Shown in pieces: positions 9,450-18,928 of a DNA stretch of 64,000 nt. The translations under genes were made by a program, and so were the position numbers. Below the pieces are notes generated by a model, which saw only the letters and a list, made by a program, of their open reading frames with translations, was not told where the DNA came from and searched no databases. The stretch's first letter is position 1, and every line of letters starts with the position of its first letter. Source of the stretch: Candidatus Woesearchaeota archaeon (GTDB lineage: Archaea > Nanobdellota > Nanobdellia > Woesearchaeales > WAPY01); the NCBI GenBank assembly GCA_049700835.1, contig JBNAUL010000002.1, forward strand, positions 272,275 through 336,274, written 5' to 3'.

Positions 9450-10313
9450 TCAAAATTTTTTTGTTTTTAGAATTTCTACATCATATTTCAAGGAGAAATC
9501 ATTTGAGAGTTCGCTGACCTTTTCCTTGAAATTGCCAAGCCCTTTCCAGTCAATGATCAACTTTTTAGGAGCAGGAATTGTTCTTTCATACGCTTGTTCC
9601 AAGATCTCAAAATCAAGTTCTTCAAGATTGTATTTTGCGCAAACATGCCCCAATGCTATGTTTGTATTCAATATTATTTTCTTGAAGTTTGGCATTGTGT
9701 GCAATCCTCCGATGCCAATTGCTGATTCAAAATCAAAGTTTTCTTTTGATAGGGTATTCATCAACGCCCTTGCAACAATTGATCCTGCTTCAGGATTCTT
9801 CCATTCCTCTTCGCTAGAACCAATCTCTATGAAAAAGACGGGTTTTTCAACAAAAGGGCCGTGATGAGTTACTTCCTGAACAACATCATAGTTTATTGTG
9901 TTAAGGGCAAAAAGTTCCTTGACCGCTTGTTTTATGTAGAATGCAGGTGATAGACAGAGTTTTCTTTCAAAACCCCCTAGTTCTGCTCTTCCAAAGTTTC
10001 CAGGGCTGTGCGCTGTTAAACTCGGTATTTTTGAGCTTGACTTGTGCTTTGTTGCAAAGACAAGGAGTTCAGCTCCAATCTCAGCATCAATATTATTGGC
10101 ATGCACGCACTCCTCATTTATTGTATAAATCCTTGCCAAAAATGAATTGTTTTTAAATAAAAATGTTTTTTCACCTTTAAAAGATCCTTGTTCTGCGAAA
10201 TCATAGTTTTCAAGAAGCGCTCTCTTTATGTTCAACCCGGCAGGGTCTTTTTTTGAAACAATGATTGCAACATTCCTGAAAAAAAGTCCCTTGCTTACTT
10301 GATTTAAAACCAT
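9450..10313 (-). CDS. dtdA: D-aminoacyl-tRNA deacylase, archaeal DTD2 type
   Basis: KHKS, LTAHSPGN, EVTHHGP, FIEIGS, GGLH motifs. Confidence 0.9.
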   Translation of the reverse strand: MVLNQVSKGLFFRNVAIIVSKKDPAGLNIKRALLENYDFAEQGSFKGEKTFLFKNNSFLARIYTINEECVHANNIDAEIGAELLVFATKHKSSSKIPSLTAHSPGNFGRAELGGFERKLCLSPAFYIKQAVKELFALNTINYDVVQEVTHHGPFVEKPVFFIEIGSSEEEWKNPEAGSIVARALMNTLSKENFDFESAIGIGGLHTMPNFKKIILNTNIALGHVCAKYNLEELDFEILEQAYERTIPAPKKLIIDWKGLGNFKEKVSELSNDFSLKYDVEILKTKKF

Positions 10314-10412
10314 CGCTCTTTTTGTAAATGAAATTCATTTTATATGTTTTTTGTTTTAATTTTGCAACATCCTACAATAAATTTTTAAATACAACGCTAA
10401 CAATAAATTTTT

Positions 10413-12185
10413 ATGAGATTAGCTTTTGTTAACAAGGAAAATTGCAAGGGAGGGGTTGACTGCAATTACATATGCATGTCTGTTTGCCCTATAAACAGGG
10501 CTAAGAAGGATTGTATAACCATTGTTGAAAACAAAAAAGTAAACATCGATGAAAAACTTTGCATTGGGTGCGGGATTTGCGTTAAGAGGTGCCCTTTCAA
10601 TGCTCTTTCAATAATCAATCTTCCTGAGGAGCTCAAGATACCAATACACAGGTATGGAAAGAACGGTTTTGCCCTCTACAATTTGCCAACTCCTGAGAGT
10701 GGAAAGGTTGTTGGAATTTTAGGAAGGAATGCTATTGGAAAAACAACTGCGCTCAAAATAATATCTGGAATTATAAAGCCAAACTTCGGAAAGAAAGAGG
10801 AGTTTGGTTATGAAGAATTAATAAAATTCTTTAAAGGGCAGGAAGCACAAAAGTTCTTTGAAGAACTTAAAAACAATAGGATAAGGGTTTCTTACAAACC
10901 GCAGAACATTGATCAGCTTCCATCTATCTATGATGGAAAAGTCCTTGACTTGCTGAAAAGGGTTGATGAGAGAAATCTCTTTGAAGAGATTGTTGAAAAA
11001 CTTGACTTAAAAAATATTCTTGAGAGAAACATAAAAGAACTCTCAGGAGGAGAACTCCAAAGAGTAGCCATAGCAGCAACTGTGCTTAAAAGAGCAAACC
11101 TCTACATCTTTGACGAGCCAACTTCTTATCTTGACATAAACCAAAGATTAAGGGTTGCAAAGTTCATAAAGGAAATGGTTAGCCAAGAAACAGAAAAAAA
11201 CATAACTTCTGTGCTTGTAGTTGAGCACGATTTGCTTGTTCTTGATTACATGAGCGATTTGGTGTATGTTTTCTATGGAAAATCAGGTTGTTATGGAGTT
11301 GTTTCAATGCCAAAATCAACCCGCCAGGGAATAAATGAGTATTTGGAGGGCTTCTTAAGAGAGGAAAACATGAGAATAAGGGAAAAACAAATTGTTTTTG
11401 AGGAAAAACCTCCTGTTGTTTTTAAGAGAGAAGAAAAACTTAATTCTTGGAAAAACATAACAAAGAGGTTGGGCAGCTTCAGTTTAGAAGCAAAAGAGGG
11501 CTCGTTGTTCAAGCATCAGGTTGTTGGAGTTCTTGGAGAAAACGGAATAGGAAAAACCACCTTTGCAAGGATAATTGCAGGGGAAATAACCCCTGATTCA
11601 GGAAATTTTGAAAAAGTAGTTGTTTCTTACAAGCCACAATACCTGGCTGAAAGAATGAACGCTCTTAAAGAAAAGAGAGTTCTTGAAATAATTCCTAAAA
11701 AAGAGGATGAGCTTACAATACAAGTCATAAGGAATTTAGAAATCCCTTTTTTAGAAATGAAAAAGATAGGAGAACTTTCAGGAGGAGAACTCCAAAGAAT
11801 TGCAATAGTGGATTGCTTGCTAAAAGAAGCAGACATCTACTTGTTGGATGAGCCCTCAGCTTACCTTGATGTTGAGGAAAGAATGATTGTTGCCAAGACA
11901 ATAAGAGACTTTGCGCAAAAAACAGGAAAAACCTTTTTAGTCATAGACCACGATCTTCTGTTTTTGGACTCTATTTCAGAAGCATTAATCGTGTTTTCAG
12001 GAGAACCTTCAATAAATGGAAGCTTGAATGGGCCTTTGAAAATGGAAGAAGGAATGAATTTATTTTTGGAAAAGGTTGGAATAACATTGAGAAGAGATGT
12101 TGAGACAAAGAGGCCAAGAATAAATAAGGAAGAATCAAAAAAGGACAGAATGCAAAAGGGTTCTGGAAAGTATTATTATGCTTAA
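10413..12185 (+). CDS. rli: ribosome recycling ATPase ABCE1/Rli
   Basis: N-terminal 2x[4Fe-4S] Cys pattern, two ABC domains with LSGGELQR and DEP. Confidence 0.96.
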   Translation: MRLAFVNKENCKGGVDCNYICMSVCPINRAKKDCITIVENKKVNIDEKLCIGCGICVKRCPFNALSIINLPEELKIPIHRYGKNGFALYNLPTPESGKVVGILGRNAIGKTTALKIISGIIKPNFGKKEEFGYEELIKFFKGQEAQKFFEELKNNRIRVSYKPQNIDQLPSIYDGKVLDLLKRVDERNLFEEIVEKLDLKNILERNIKELSGGELQRVAIAATVLKRANLYIFDEPTSYLDINQRLRVAKFIKEMVSQETEKNITSVLVVEHDLLVLDYMSDLVYVFYGKSGCYGVVSMPKSTRQGINEYLEGFLREENMRIREKQIVFEEKPPVVFKREEKLNSWKNITKRLGSFSLEAKEGSLFKHQVVGVLGENGIGKTTFARIIAGEITPDSGNFEKVVVSYKPQYLAERMNALKEKRVLEIIPKKEDELTIQVIRNLEIPFLEMKKIGELSGGELQRIAIVDCLLKEADIYLLDEPSAYLDVEERMIVAKTIRDFAQKTGKTFLVIDHDLLFLDSISEALIVFSGEPSINGSLNGPLKMEEGMNLFLEKVGITLRRDVETKRPRINKEESKKDRMQKGSGKYYYA

Positions 12186-12253
12186 TTATGCTTAAAAACA
12201 GCAAGAAAAAACAATAAAAAAATAAAATCAGGATAAAATCAAGAGAGAATGAA

Positions 12254-12952
12254 ATGAGGGTTGGGGTTTTGTTTTCAGGGGGAAAGGACTCTTGCCTTGC
12301 TTTGATAAAGGCAATAGGTAAAAACACGATAAAATGCCTGATAAATGTTTGTTCTGAGAACCCTGAGAGCTACATGTTCCACACAATAAATTCTGATTTT
12401 ACAAGATTGCAGGCAAAGGCTATGAAAATTCCGTTGGAGCGCATAAGAACAAAGGGTCTTGAAGAAAAAGAGGTTTATGACCTGAAATTAGGATTGCTTA
12501 AAATAAAGAAAAAGTACAAACTTGAAGGAATAGTTTCAGGGGCAATAGCCTCAAATTACCAATATTCAAGAATAAATAAGGTTTGCGAAGAATTAAGATT
12601 AAAATCAATAACTCCTTTGTGGCAGAAGCCCCAAGAAATTGTTTTAAAAGATGTTCTGAAGAACAAAATAAAGGCAATAATAGTTGGAGTTTTTGCTGAC
12701 AACCTTAATAAAGATTTTTTAGGAAAGGAAATTGACTATGCGTTTATAAGAAAAATGCAGGAGTTGAACAAAAGAACAGGGCTAAACATAAGCGGAGAAG
12801 GCGGAGAATTTGAAACATTCGTTATTGATGCTCCTGTTTTCAAGAGAAGGATAGTTATTCAGGATTTCATCATAGATTATAAAAACAATTCAGGAGTAAT
12901 GAAAATAAGAACAGCAAAATTGGAAAGAAAGCTGAAAACAAAATCAAAATAA
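12254..12952 (+). CDS. dph6: diphthine-ammonia ligase family PP-loop ATPase
   Basis: SGGKDS, SYMFH, GEGGEFETFV. Confidence 0.85.
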   Translation: MRVGVLFSGGKDSCLALIKAIGKNTIKCLINVCSENPESYMFHTINSDFTRLQAKAMKIPLERIRTKGLEEKEVYDLKLGLLKIKKKYKLEGIVSGAIASNYQYSRINKVCEELRLKSITPLWQKPQEIVLKDVLKNKIKAIIVGVFADNLNKDFLGKEIDYAFIRKMQELNKRTGLNISGEGGEFETFVIDAPVFKRRIVIQDFIIDYKNNSGVMKIRTAKLERKLKTKSK

Positions 12953-12998
12953 AAAAGATAAAAATAAAAACATAAATAAAAATAAAAGACTTGGTAAA

Positions 12999-13553
12999 AT
13001 GCTTGAATTTTTGGTAAAGGATATTGCTGAAAAAATTTATGAAATAAACAACAGTTCAATGGAAAGATTCATTGAATATCTGAAAAAAAAGAAATTTGTG
13101 AGCAGTGATGAGCTTAAAACAAACATTGGATTAGAAAAATATTATTCCATTATTTATCAGTTAGGAACTTGCAAGCAGAACTTCAGGATTAGAAAAAAGA
13201 GAGAAGAAATCATTCAAGACTTTTTGTCATCTAATGATCCTTACTTATTGTACCTTGCTGGCTGCAACTGGAACGACTTTTGGTTTGACGAAAGAATAAC
13301 AAAATCAATAGTTAAAAACAAGGAAGCTAAGTTTTTATACTACGCAGGGCTTGACTGGAAAGCAAGAAGGTTTTCAAAAGAAATTGTAGAAGCCCTTGTT
13401 GAAACGAACAATAAAAAATACATTGATATGGCGCTTCAAAACTGGAACAAAACAAGGAGAAAAATTCTTGAGAAATGCATAATGGAATACAATGCTTCTC
13501 CAATAAAAAAAGAAAAACAAAATAAACGAAAAAAGCAAATATATAAAGAATAA
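12999..13553 (+). CDS. hypothetical protein with short helical repeats
   Basis: LLYLAGCNW / FLYYAGLDW repeat at about 29 aa spacing. Confidence 0.6.
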   Translation: MLEFLVKDIAEKIYEINNSSMERFIEYLKKKKFVSSDELKTNIGLEKYYSIIYQLGTCKQNFRIRKKREEIIQDFLSSNDPYLLYLAGCNWNDFWFDERITKSIVKNKEAKFLYYAGLDWKARRFSKEIVEALVETNNKKYIDMALQNWNKTRRKILEKCIMEYNASPIKKEKQNKRKKQIYKE

Positions 13554-13609
13554 AAAAGAATAAAAAGAATGAGAGATTACAAGCAACTGTTTCAAGCGTT
13601 TCAAGCAAC

Positions 13610-14665
13610 TTAAAGTTTTGATTTCAAGGCATCGATTTCTTCATCAATTCTCTTGCGCATTTTCCCAAACAACCAGGGATAATTGCTTTGCAACAAAATT
13701 TTTAATCTTAAGAGATAACCCAAAGAATTGTTGACGTACTTGCTCCAATCAATCCTTTGATAATCGTTTCCAGTGAAAACAATTTCTTGTCTTTCAGACC
13801 AATCTCCTGGTTGATCAGCTCCTGGAATAAAATAGTTTGCCCATCTCTGAATTGTCTGTTCAGAAGCAATGCATCCAAGATTCAGAAGTTCGCCTGATTT
13901 TGAATAGCAGGACTCGTCAGGCCCGTAAAGAGGCATGTCATAACCATTCTTACATAGAGGAGTTAAGTTTCCCAAGGCCAGAACAATTAGCTCGTTGCAA
14001 TTATGCTTTAAAATACTGTCCCATAAAAAGTCCATTCCTTCTTCTGAAATAAAACCATAAAAAATTATCTTGTCAAAGTTTAAATTTTGTTCTTTTGAAA
14101 TTTCAAACAACCTTTTCAAAGCAACAAATGCTGTTTTTCCAGAAGCAACAGTGTCCTGAACTAAAAGATTTACAGTTTTATTCTTTAACCCTATTAAAGA
14201 ACTGAAGTCCTCAAAAACAACATTAACCTCTTTTGAATTGTCATCGTGATCCCTGTAAGAAGGTACCACATACTTTGTTCTAACCCAAGCTTCGCTAAAA
14301 TTTATTTTTTCTTTTGCGACCTTGTGGAGATTATATCCAAGAGAAGCTCTTAAAATGTGATAGAATAGAAGTTTGTTATTAGAACCATCAAAATAATTTT
14401 TTTGTTTTAAAAAATTAAAAGCGTATTTAGCGCATTCAAGAGTTAAATCATCAAGTTCTTTTCCAATGATAGAAGGGAAGCAGGCAATTTTCATGCAGGC
14501 ATCACAATCAAGGATAAAAACAGCGTATGGTTTTTTAGAATATTGAAAAACATCAAATTTTTCAGAAGAAATCGCCTGATCTACATCAGTTTTTATTTTG
14601 AAATCTCTTATAATCTTTTTAACCTCTTTTTTGGAAAAACCAAAATCCAAAAAAAACACCTCCAT
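13610..14665 (-). CDS. divergent uracil-phosphoribosyltransferase-like protein
   Basis: HILRAS (cf. PILRAG), PRPP loop LLVQDTVASGKT, C-terminal IPG..PGD..ER. Confidence 0.65.
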   Translation of the reverse strand: MEVFFLDFGFSKKEVKKIIRDFKIKTDVDQAISSEKFDVFQYSKKPYAVFILDCDACMKIACFPSIIGKELDDLTLECAKYAFNFLKQKNYFDGSNNKLLFYHILRASLGYNLHKVAKEKINFSEAWVRTKYVVPSYRDHDDNSKEVNVVFEDFSSLIGLKNKTVNLLVQDTVASGKTAFVALKRLFEISKEQNLNFDKIIFYGFISEEGMDFLWDSILKHNCNELIVLALGNLTPLCKNGYDMPLYGPDESCYSKSGELLNLGCIASEQTIQRWANYFIPGADQPGDWSERQEIVFTGNDYQRIDWSKYVNNSLGYLLRLKILLQSNYPWLFGKMRKRIDEEIDALKSKL

Positions 14666-14787
14666 AAACTACAAAACCCTGAAACTTAAAAACAGGTTTA
14701 TTTATAAATTTTTCTAAAACAAAGATAAAAAAGAAAAAGATTTATAAAAATAAAAATATAAAAAATGCTAAAAGAGGTGTTTTTTTT

Positions 14788-16113
14788 ATGATGCACGAAT
14801 ACATCGACTTGAACTACAATCCAAGAGAAGACGAAATAGTCTGCGAATACTATGTTGAGCCAAGCAATGGATTGAGTTTGGAAGAAGCAGCAACTCACAT
14901 TGCAGGAGAAAGTAGCATTGACACTTGGAGCGATATAAAGACCTTGAACCCAAAAATCGCTGAAAAACTAAAACCGCATGTATTCTTTGTTGATAATGAA
15001 AGAAGCACTATTAAAATATCCTACAAGCATGATTTGTTTGAATTAGAATCCATTGCCCAATTACTGAGCAGCATTGCAGGCAACATCTTCAGCATGAAAC
15101 TTTTAAACAATTTAAAGTTGCTGGATGTAAGCATTCCAAAGGTTATGGTTAAGAAATTTAAAGGTCCAAAGTTTGGAATTCAAGGAATTAGAAAAATAGT
15201 AAAGGTAAGAGAAAGACCTTTGATAGGAACAATCGTAAAACCAAAAACAGGACTGAATTCAAAACAGCATGCTAAAGTTGCTTATGAATCATGGCTAGGA
15301 GGTTGTGATTTGGTTAAAGATGATGAAAACCTAACCAATCAAAAATTCAACAGGTTTGAAGAGAGAGCAAAGCTTACTTTAAAAGCAAGAGAAAAAGCAG
15401 AGAAAGAAACAGGCGAGAAAAAAATCTACATGCCAAACATAACTGCTCCTACAACAGAAGAAATGATTAGAAGAGCAAAGTATGTAAAGAAGCTTGGGGG
15501 AGAATACATAATGATTGACATAATACCAACTGGTTGGACTTCATTGCAGAGTTTAAGAAATGCAAATGAAGATTTAGGTTTGGTTTTACATGCTCACAGG
15601 TGCATGCACTCAGCATTAACAAGAAATCCAAAGCATGGCATTAGCATGCTTGCAATTGCAAAACTAATAAGATTAATTGGCTTAGACCAACTCCACATCG
15701 GAACAGTAACTGGAAAGATGCACGGAGACAAAGAAGAGGTTTTAAGCATAAGAGATGAGTGCGTGTTAAAAGAAATAAAAGAAAATTATTATCTCAATAT
15801 TTTAGAACAAAAATGGTATTCTATAAAACCGTTGTTCCCTGTTGCTTCTGGAGGATTGCAACCAACAATGATTCCAAAGCTTTATGAAATATTTGGAAAT
15901 GATGTTATAATGCAGTTTGGCGGTGGCATCCATGCTCATCCATCAGGAACCATTACAGGAGCAAGGGCTTGCAGGCAGGCATTAGAAGCAACTCTAAAAG
16001 GAATTTCTTTAGAAGAAGCATCTAAAAACCATGATGAACTAAGAGAAGCGATTGAGAAGTGGGGCATTTATGACGAATTGAACTTAAGCCATTCCCATGA
16101 GAGGAGGGACTGA
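14788..16113 (+). CDS. rbcL: RuBisCO large subunit, form III
   Basis: KPKTG, GGCDLVKDDE, HAHR, LHIGT..GKM, VASGG, GGGIHAHP; active-site residues present. Confidence 0.95.
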   Translation: MMHEYIDLNYNPREDEIVCEYYVEPSNGLSLEEAATHIAGESSIDTWSDIKTLNPKIAEKLKPHVFFVDNERSTIKISYKHDLFELESIAQLLSSIAGNIFSMKLLNNLKLLDVSIPKVMVKKFKGPKFGIQGIRKIVKVRERPLIGTIVKPKTGLNSKQHAKVAYESWLGGCDLVKDDENLTNQKFNRFEERAKLTLKAREKAEKETGEKKIYMPNITAPTTEEMIRRAKYVKKLGGEYIMIDIIPTGWTSLQSLRNANEDLGLVLHAHRCMHSALTRNPKHGISMLAIAKLIRLIGLDQLHIGTVTGKMHGDKEEVLSIRDECVLKEIKENYYLNILEQKWYSIKPLFPVASGGLQPTMIPKLYEIFGNDVIMQFGGGIHAHPSGTITGARACRQALEATLKGISLEEASKNHDELREAIEKWGIYDELNLSHSHERRD

Positions 16114-16262
16114 GGTATTTCTTTGTTTTTTGTTTTCAACTTAAAAAAAACATACCTTTATATATAACCTCTATGTCTTAAAAGAACAGTTAGACGAATT
16201 CTTCTTTTTAGGAGTTTTCGTTAGAACTAAAAATAAAATAAAATACATGAGAGTGAGGTAAG

Positions 16263-16418
16263 ATGAGTTTCGGAAATTTCAGAGGAAACTTCGAACAGAG
16301 AAAAATGTATAAAGCAATATGCAGTGACTGCGGTAAAGAATGCGAAGTTCCTTTCAAACCAACTGAAGGCAAACCTGTTTATTGTAAGGAATGCTATCAG
16401 AAAAGAAGGAAATTCTAA
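16263..16418 (+). CDS. CxxC-x17-CxxC small Zn-binding protein (51 aa, not in ORF track)
   Basis: MSFGNF...KAICSDCGKECEVPFKPTEGKPVYCKECY; SD GAGGT upstream. Confidence 0.9.
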   Translation: MSFGNFRGNFEQRKMYKAICSDCGKECEVPFKPTEGKPVYCKECYQKRRKF

Positions 16419-16524
16419 GTTTTTAACAGAATAAAAAGAATTTTCAAAATCTGTTTTCTATTTTTTTATTATTTTTTGTTTTTATAGTTGCTATTCTTTA
16501 TATTTGATTTTTTACATTTAATTT

Positions 16525-17148
16525 TCAAGCCCTTCCCCTGCTTTCTCCTTCAACGATTGCAGACGCTATCAAATGAGCTATTCTCAACGGCTCTGGAATT
16601 AATGCTCTAGTTGTTGTGAGCTTTATTATTTTCTCTGCATAATCTTCAGAGCATCCTTGCTTTTGATAGTAGACAAATCCAGAGATGTTTGTGTTTTCAA
16701 CTCTTACCTTCTTTATTTTCCCTGCTTTTTTTATCGCTTTTATCCTTAATTCAGGTTTTGAAGTGTGCATCACTGCTTCAAACATCTCTCTGAAATTTGG
16801 GATTTTCCTCATTATTATTATAACAGGAATTCCTGTTTTGCTGTAGAGTTCCTCTACATCAATGACATTAAAACCTCCAAGAGATATCCCATCAAAAAGA
16901 ATTGCCTTCAATTGAGGGTAAAACTTTGAGCCCTTTATTGCTTCAACGATTTTTTTTGTTGAGTTGAAGCCGTCAATACTTATCCTTGTTTTCAGCATGC
17001 CCTCAAAATAAAGCCCTCCCCTGAAAATCACTCCGACTGCAAGAGCGCTCTTCTTTTTGTTGAATTTCTTAAAAGGGCCATCGTCAAATCCTATTACTCT
17101 TATTTCTTTCTTTAGGTTTCTCTCAATATGCAGCGCTTCATGCTTCAT
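16525..17148 (-). CDS. DUF99 family endonuclease V-like protein
   Basis: IRVIGFDDGPF, DGISLGGFNVID, IPEPLRIAHLIAS. Confidence 0.85.
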   Translation of the reverse strand: MKHEALHIERNLKKEIRVIGFDDGPFKKFNKKKSALAVGVIFRGGLYFEGMLKTRISIDGFNSTKKIVEAIKGSKFYPQLKAILFDGISLGGFNVIDVEELYSKTGIPVIIIMRKIPNFREMFEAVMHTSKPELRIKAIKKAGKIKKVRVENTNISGFVYYQKQGCSEDYAEKIIKLTTTRALIPEPLRIAHLIASAIVEGESRGRA

Positions 17149-17238
17149 GATTGTTTAAAAAATAAAGGATGTATTAAAATTTATCCATGCAAAAGAAAAT
17201 GATAAAGCGCTTTGAATTAGAATTGCGCATCTTAAGCA

Positions 17239-18015
17239 TTAATAGTATATGAATTTTTCAAGACCAAAATACACTTTTGATCTCTTGTCATTTGCAATAG
17301 TTTCTCTTAAAACCTTCTCTTCATCTTTTCCAAGCCCATTTTTTATAAGAGAAGGTATTTTTTTCTCATTTTCAATAAATGACTCAATTTCTATTTTTTT
17401 TTGATCCTGTTCTTTTAAAATTTCCTTCATTCTCTCAAAATAGTAGGGACGCTTTTTAATTTGAGAACTATGTTTTGATAATTCCTTTAAATCAGAGTAA
17501 TAAGAAAATAGCGCTCTAAAGATGTTTGCAAGTTTATTGTCTATGTTTTTTCTGCGGGTTTCTTCAGGAAGATTAGAATCAAATTCCTGCTTAAGATATT
17601 TTGAATAGAATTCATTAAACAATTCGTAATTGAACGGTGTTCCTTTCAACAAGACATCAAAAATTCGCTCTGAATAATCTAAGGAAAGTTTAAATGCTTC
17701 ATCTACTGAATTGCATTCTTTGCCATTCACTTTGCCATTTAAAGAACTGCTCTCTGATTTCAGGGCAATCTCTATGCTTAAAAGCAGAAAGTTCAAATTA
17801 AACATCAGAGCAGATTTTTTACTTCTTGTTTTTGAACTCTTTTCTACATACGCACTTTTGAAGCAAGAATATACTTGGTTGTATTCTTCTTTTAGATTGT
17901 CAAGAATATTTTTGTTTGAAAGGTTATCATAGACTTTTCTCTCCAAATTGTTTTTGTTCTTGACAGCATCGTTGAAATTTATGCCTTTCATAGAACCTTG
18001 TTTTAAGGTGCTCAT
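17239..18015 (-). CDS. hypothetical protein
   Basis: 258-aa helical charged ORF, no motif. Confidence 0.65.
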   Translation of the reverse strand: MSTLKQGSMKGINFNDAVKNKNNLERKVYDNLSNKNILDNLKEEYNQVYSCFKSAYVEKSSKTRSKKSALMFNLNFLLLSIEIALKSESSSLNGKVNGKECNSVDEAFKLSLDYSERIFDVLLKGTPFNYELFNEFYSKYLKQEFDSNLPEETRRKNIDNKLANIFRALFSYYSDLKELSKHSSQIKKRPYYFERMKEILKEQDQKKIEIESFIENEKKIPSLIKNGLGKDEEKVLRETIANDKRSKVYFGLEKFIYY

Positions 18016-18100
18016 ATATAAATCTTTCTTTTTTCACAACTAATTAATAACAAAAATAAAGAACATAAAGAACGGGTTTGTTTATTAATTGTTTATTAAG

Positions 18101-18700
18101 TCATTCATTCTTCAGTTTTGATTCAAAAGTGTTTATCAATTTTTTAATGGCAATCCTCTTTTCAGAATCAATGTTTTTTAATCTTTCTTTTTCTTTCATC
18201 TCTGCCTTCTTTACTATATCAAGAATTTCAGGATTATCTAAAAAGGAATCCGCAAGCAAAGAATAGAAATTAAGTCCTTCAATGTCTCTAATTTTTTTCG
18301 CATCTTTTATCCTTGGACTTAGTTTTGCTAAAAATTTTTCTGTTGAGCGTAGAAAGATTTCAAATCTTTCTTTGCCTGTTAATGCTCTGTTGTTTTTTAT
18401 TTCTGCTATCTGAATCTCTGTTTTTATGAATTCCTTATAACACTCTTCAAAAGCAAGATAATCAATAAAGCACGGCCTACCGTAGTATCTCCTAAAAATA
18501 GAAATCTCAAGAGGATTTATAAAGTCATTGAGCAAATCTCTTACATCTTTATAGTTTTTGGTTGTTCTGGAAATCAGATTGCTGTAATAGGCATCTGCAT
18601 TTGCAGAATTCAAATTTCTAATGGAGTAATCAATTATTTCCGTGAGAATTCTTTTTTTCTCTGATTTTAGATGATTGTTGCATTCATTCAAATCATTCAT
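18101..18700 (-). CDS. hypothetical protein
   Basis: 199-aa ORF, no motif. Confidence 0.65.
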   Translation of the reverse strand: MNDLNECNNHLKSEKKRILTEIIDYSIRNLNSANADAYYSNLISRTTKNYKDVRDLLNDFINPLEISIFRRYYGRPCFIDYLAFEECYKEFIKTEIQIAEIKNNRALTGKERFEIFLRSTEKFLAKLSPRIKDAKKIRDIEGLNFYSLLADSFLDNPEILDIVKKAEMKEKERLKNIDSEKRIAIKKLINTFESKLKNE

Positions 18701-18928
18701 CTTGCTTAAATGTTTTTGTTTTTTAGTATAAAAGATTTTCTTTTTTTACTAAAAAGTAAAAAATGTCTTGCATCAATCTGTTTAATCAAAAAACGCACAT
18801 AGTGCTATTAAAAAATATTTTATAATAGTATTAAAATAATTTTAGTAAGATTTAAATACCAAAAGTATGAATTTTAGTTTCTTGAGCAAATCTGAACTCA
18901 AAAACTGAAAAATCAAAAAGGTGCTTTT

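Noticed and set aside
11035..11800. Repeated GGAGAACTCCAAAGA in ABCE1
   Set aside because: Encodes the two conserved ABC signature motifs; expected
17239..18700. Two orphan ORFs as a provirus or mobile element
   Set aside because: No integrase, att sites or structural genes; composition like the host
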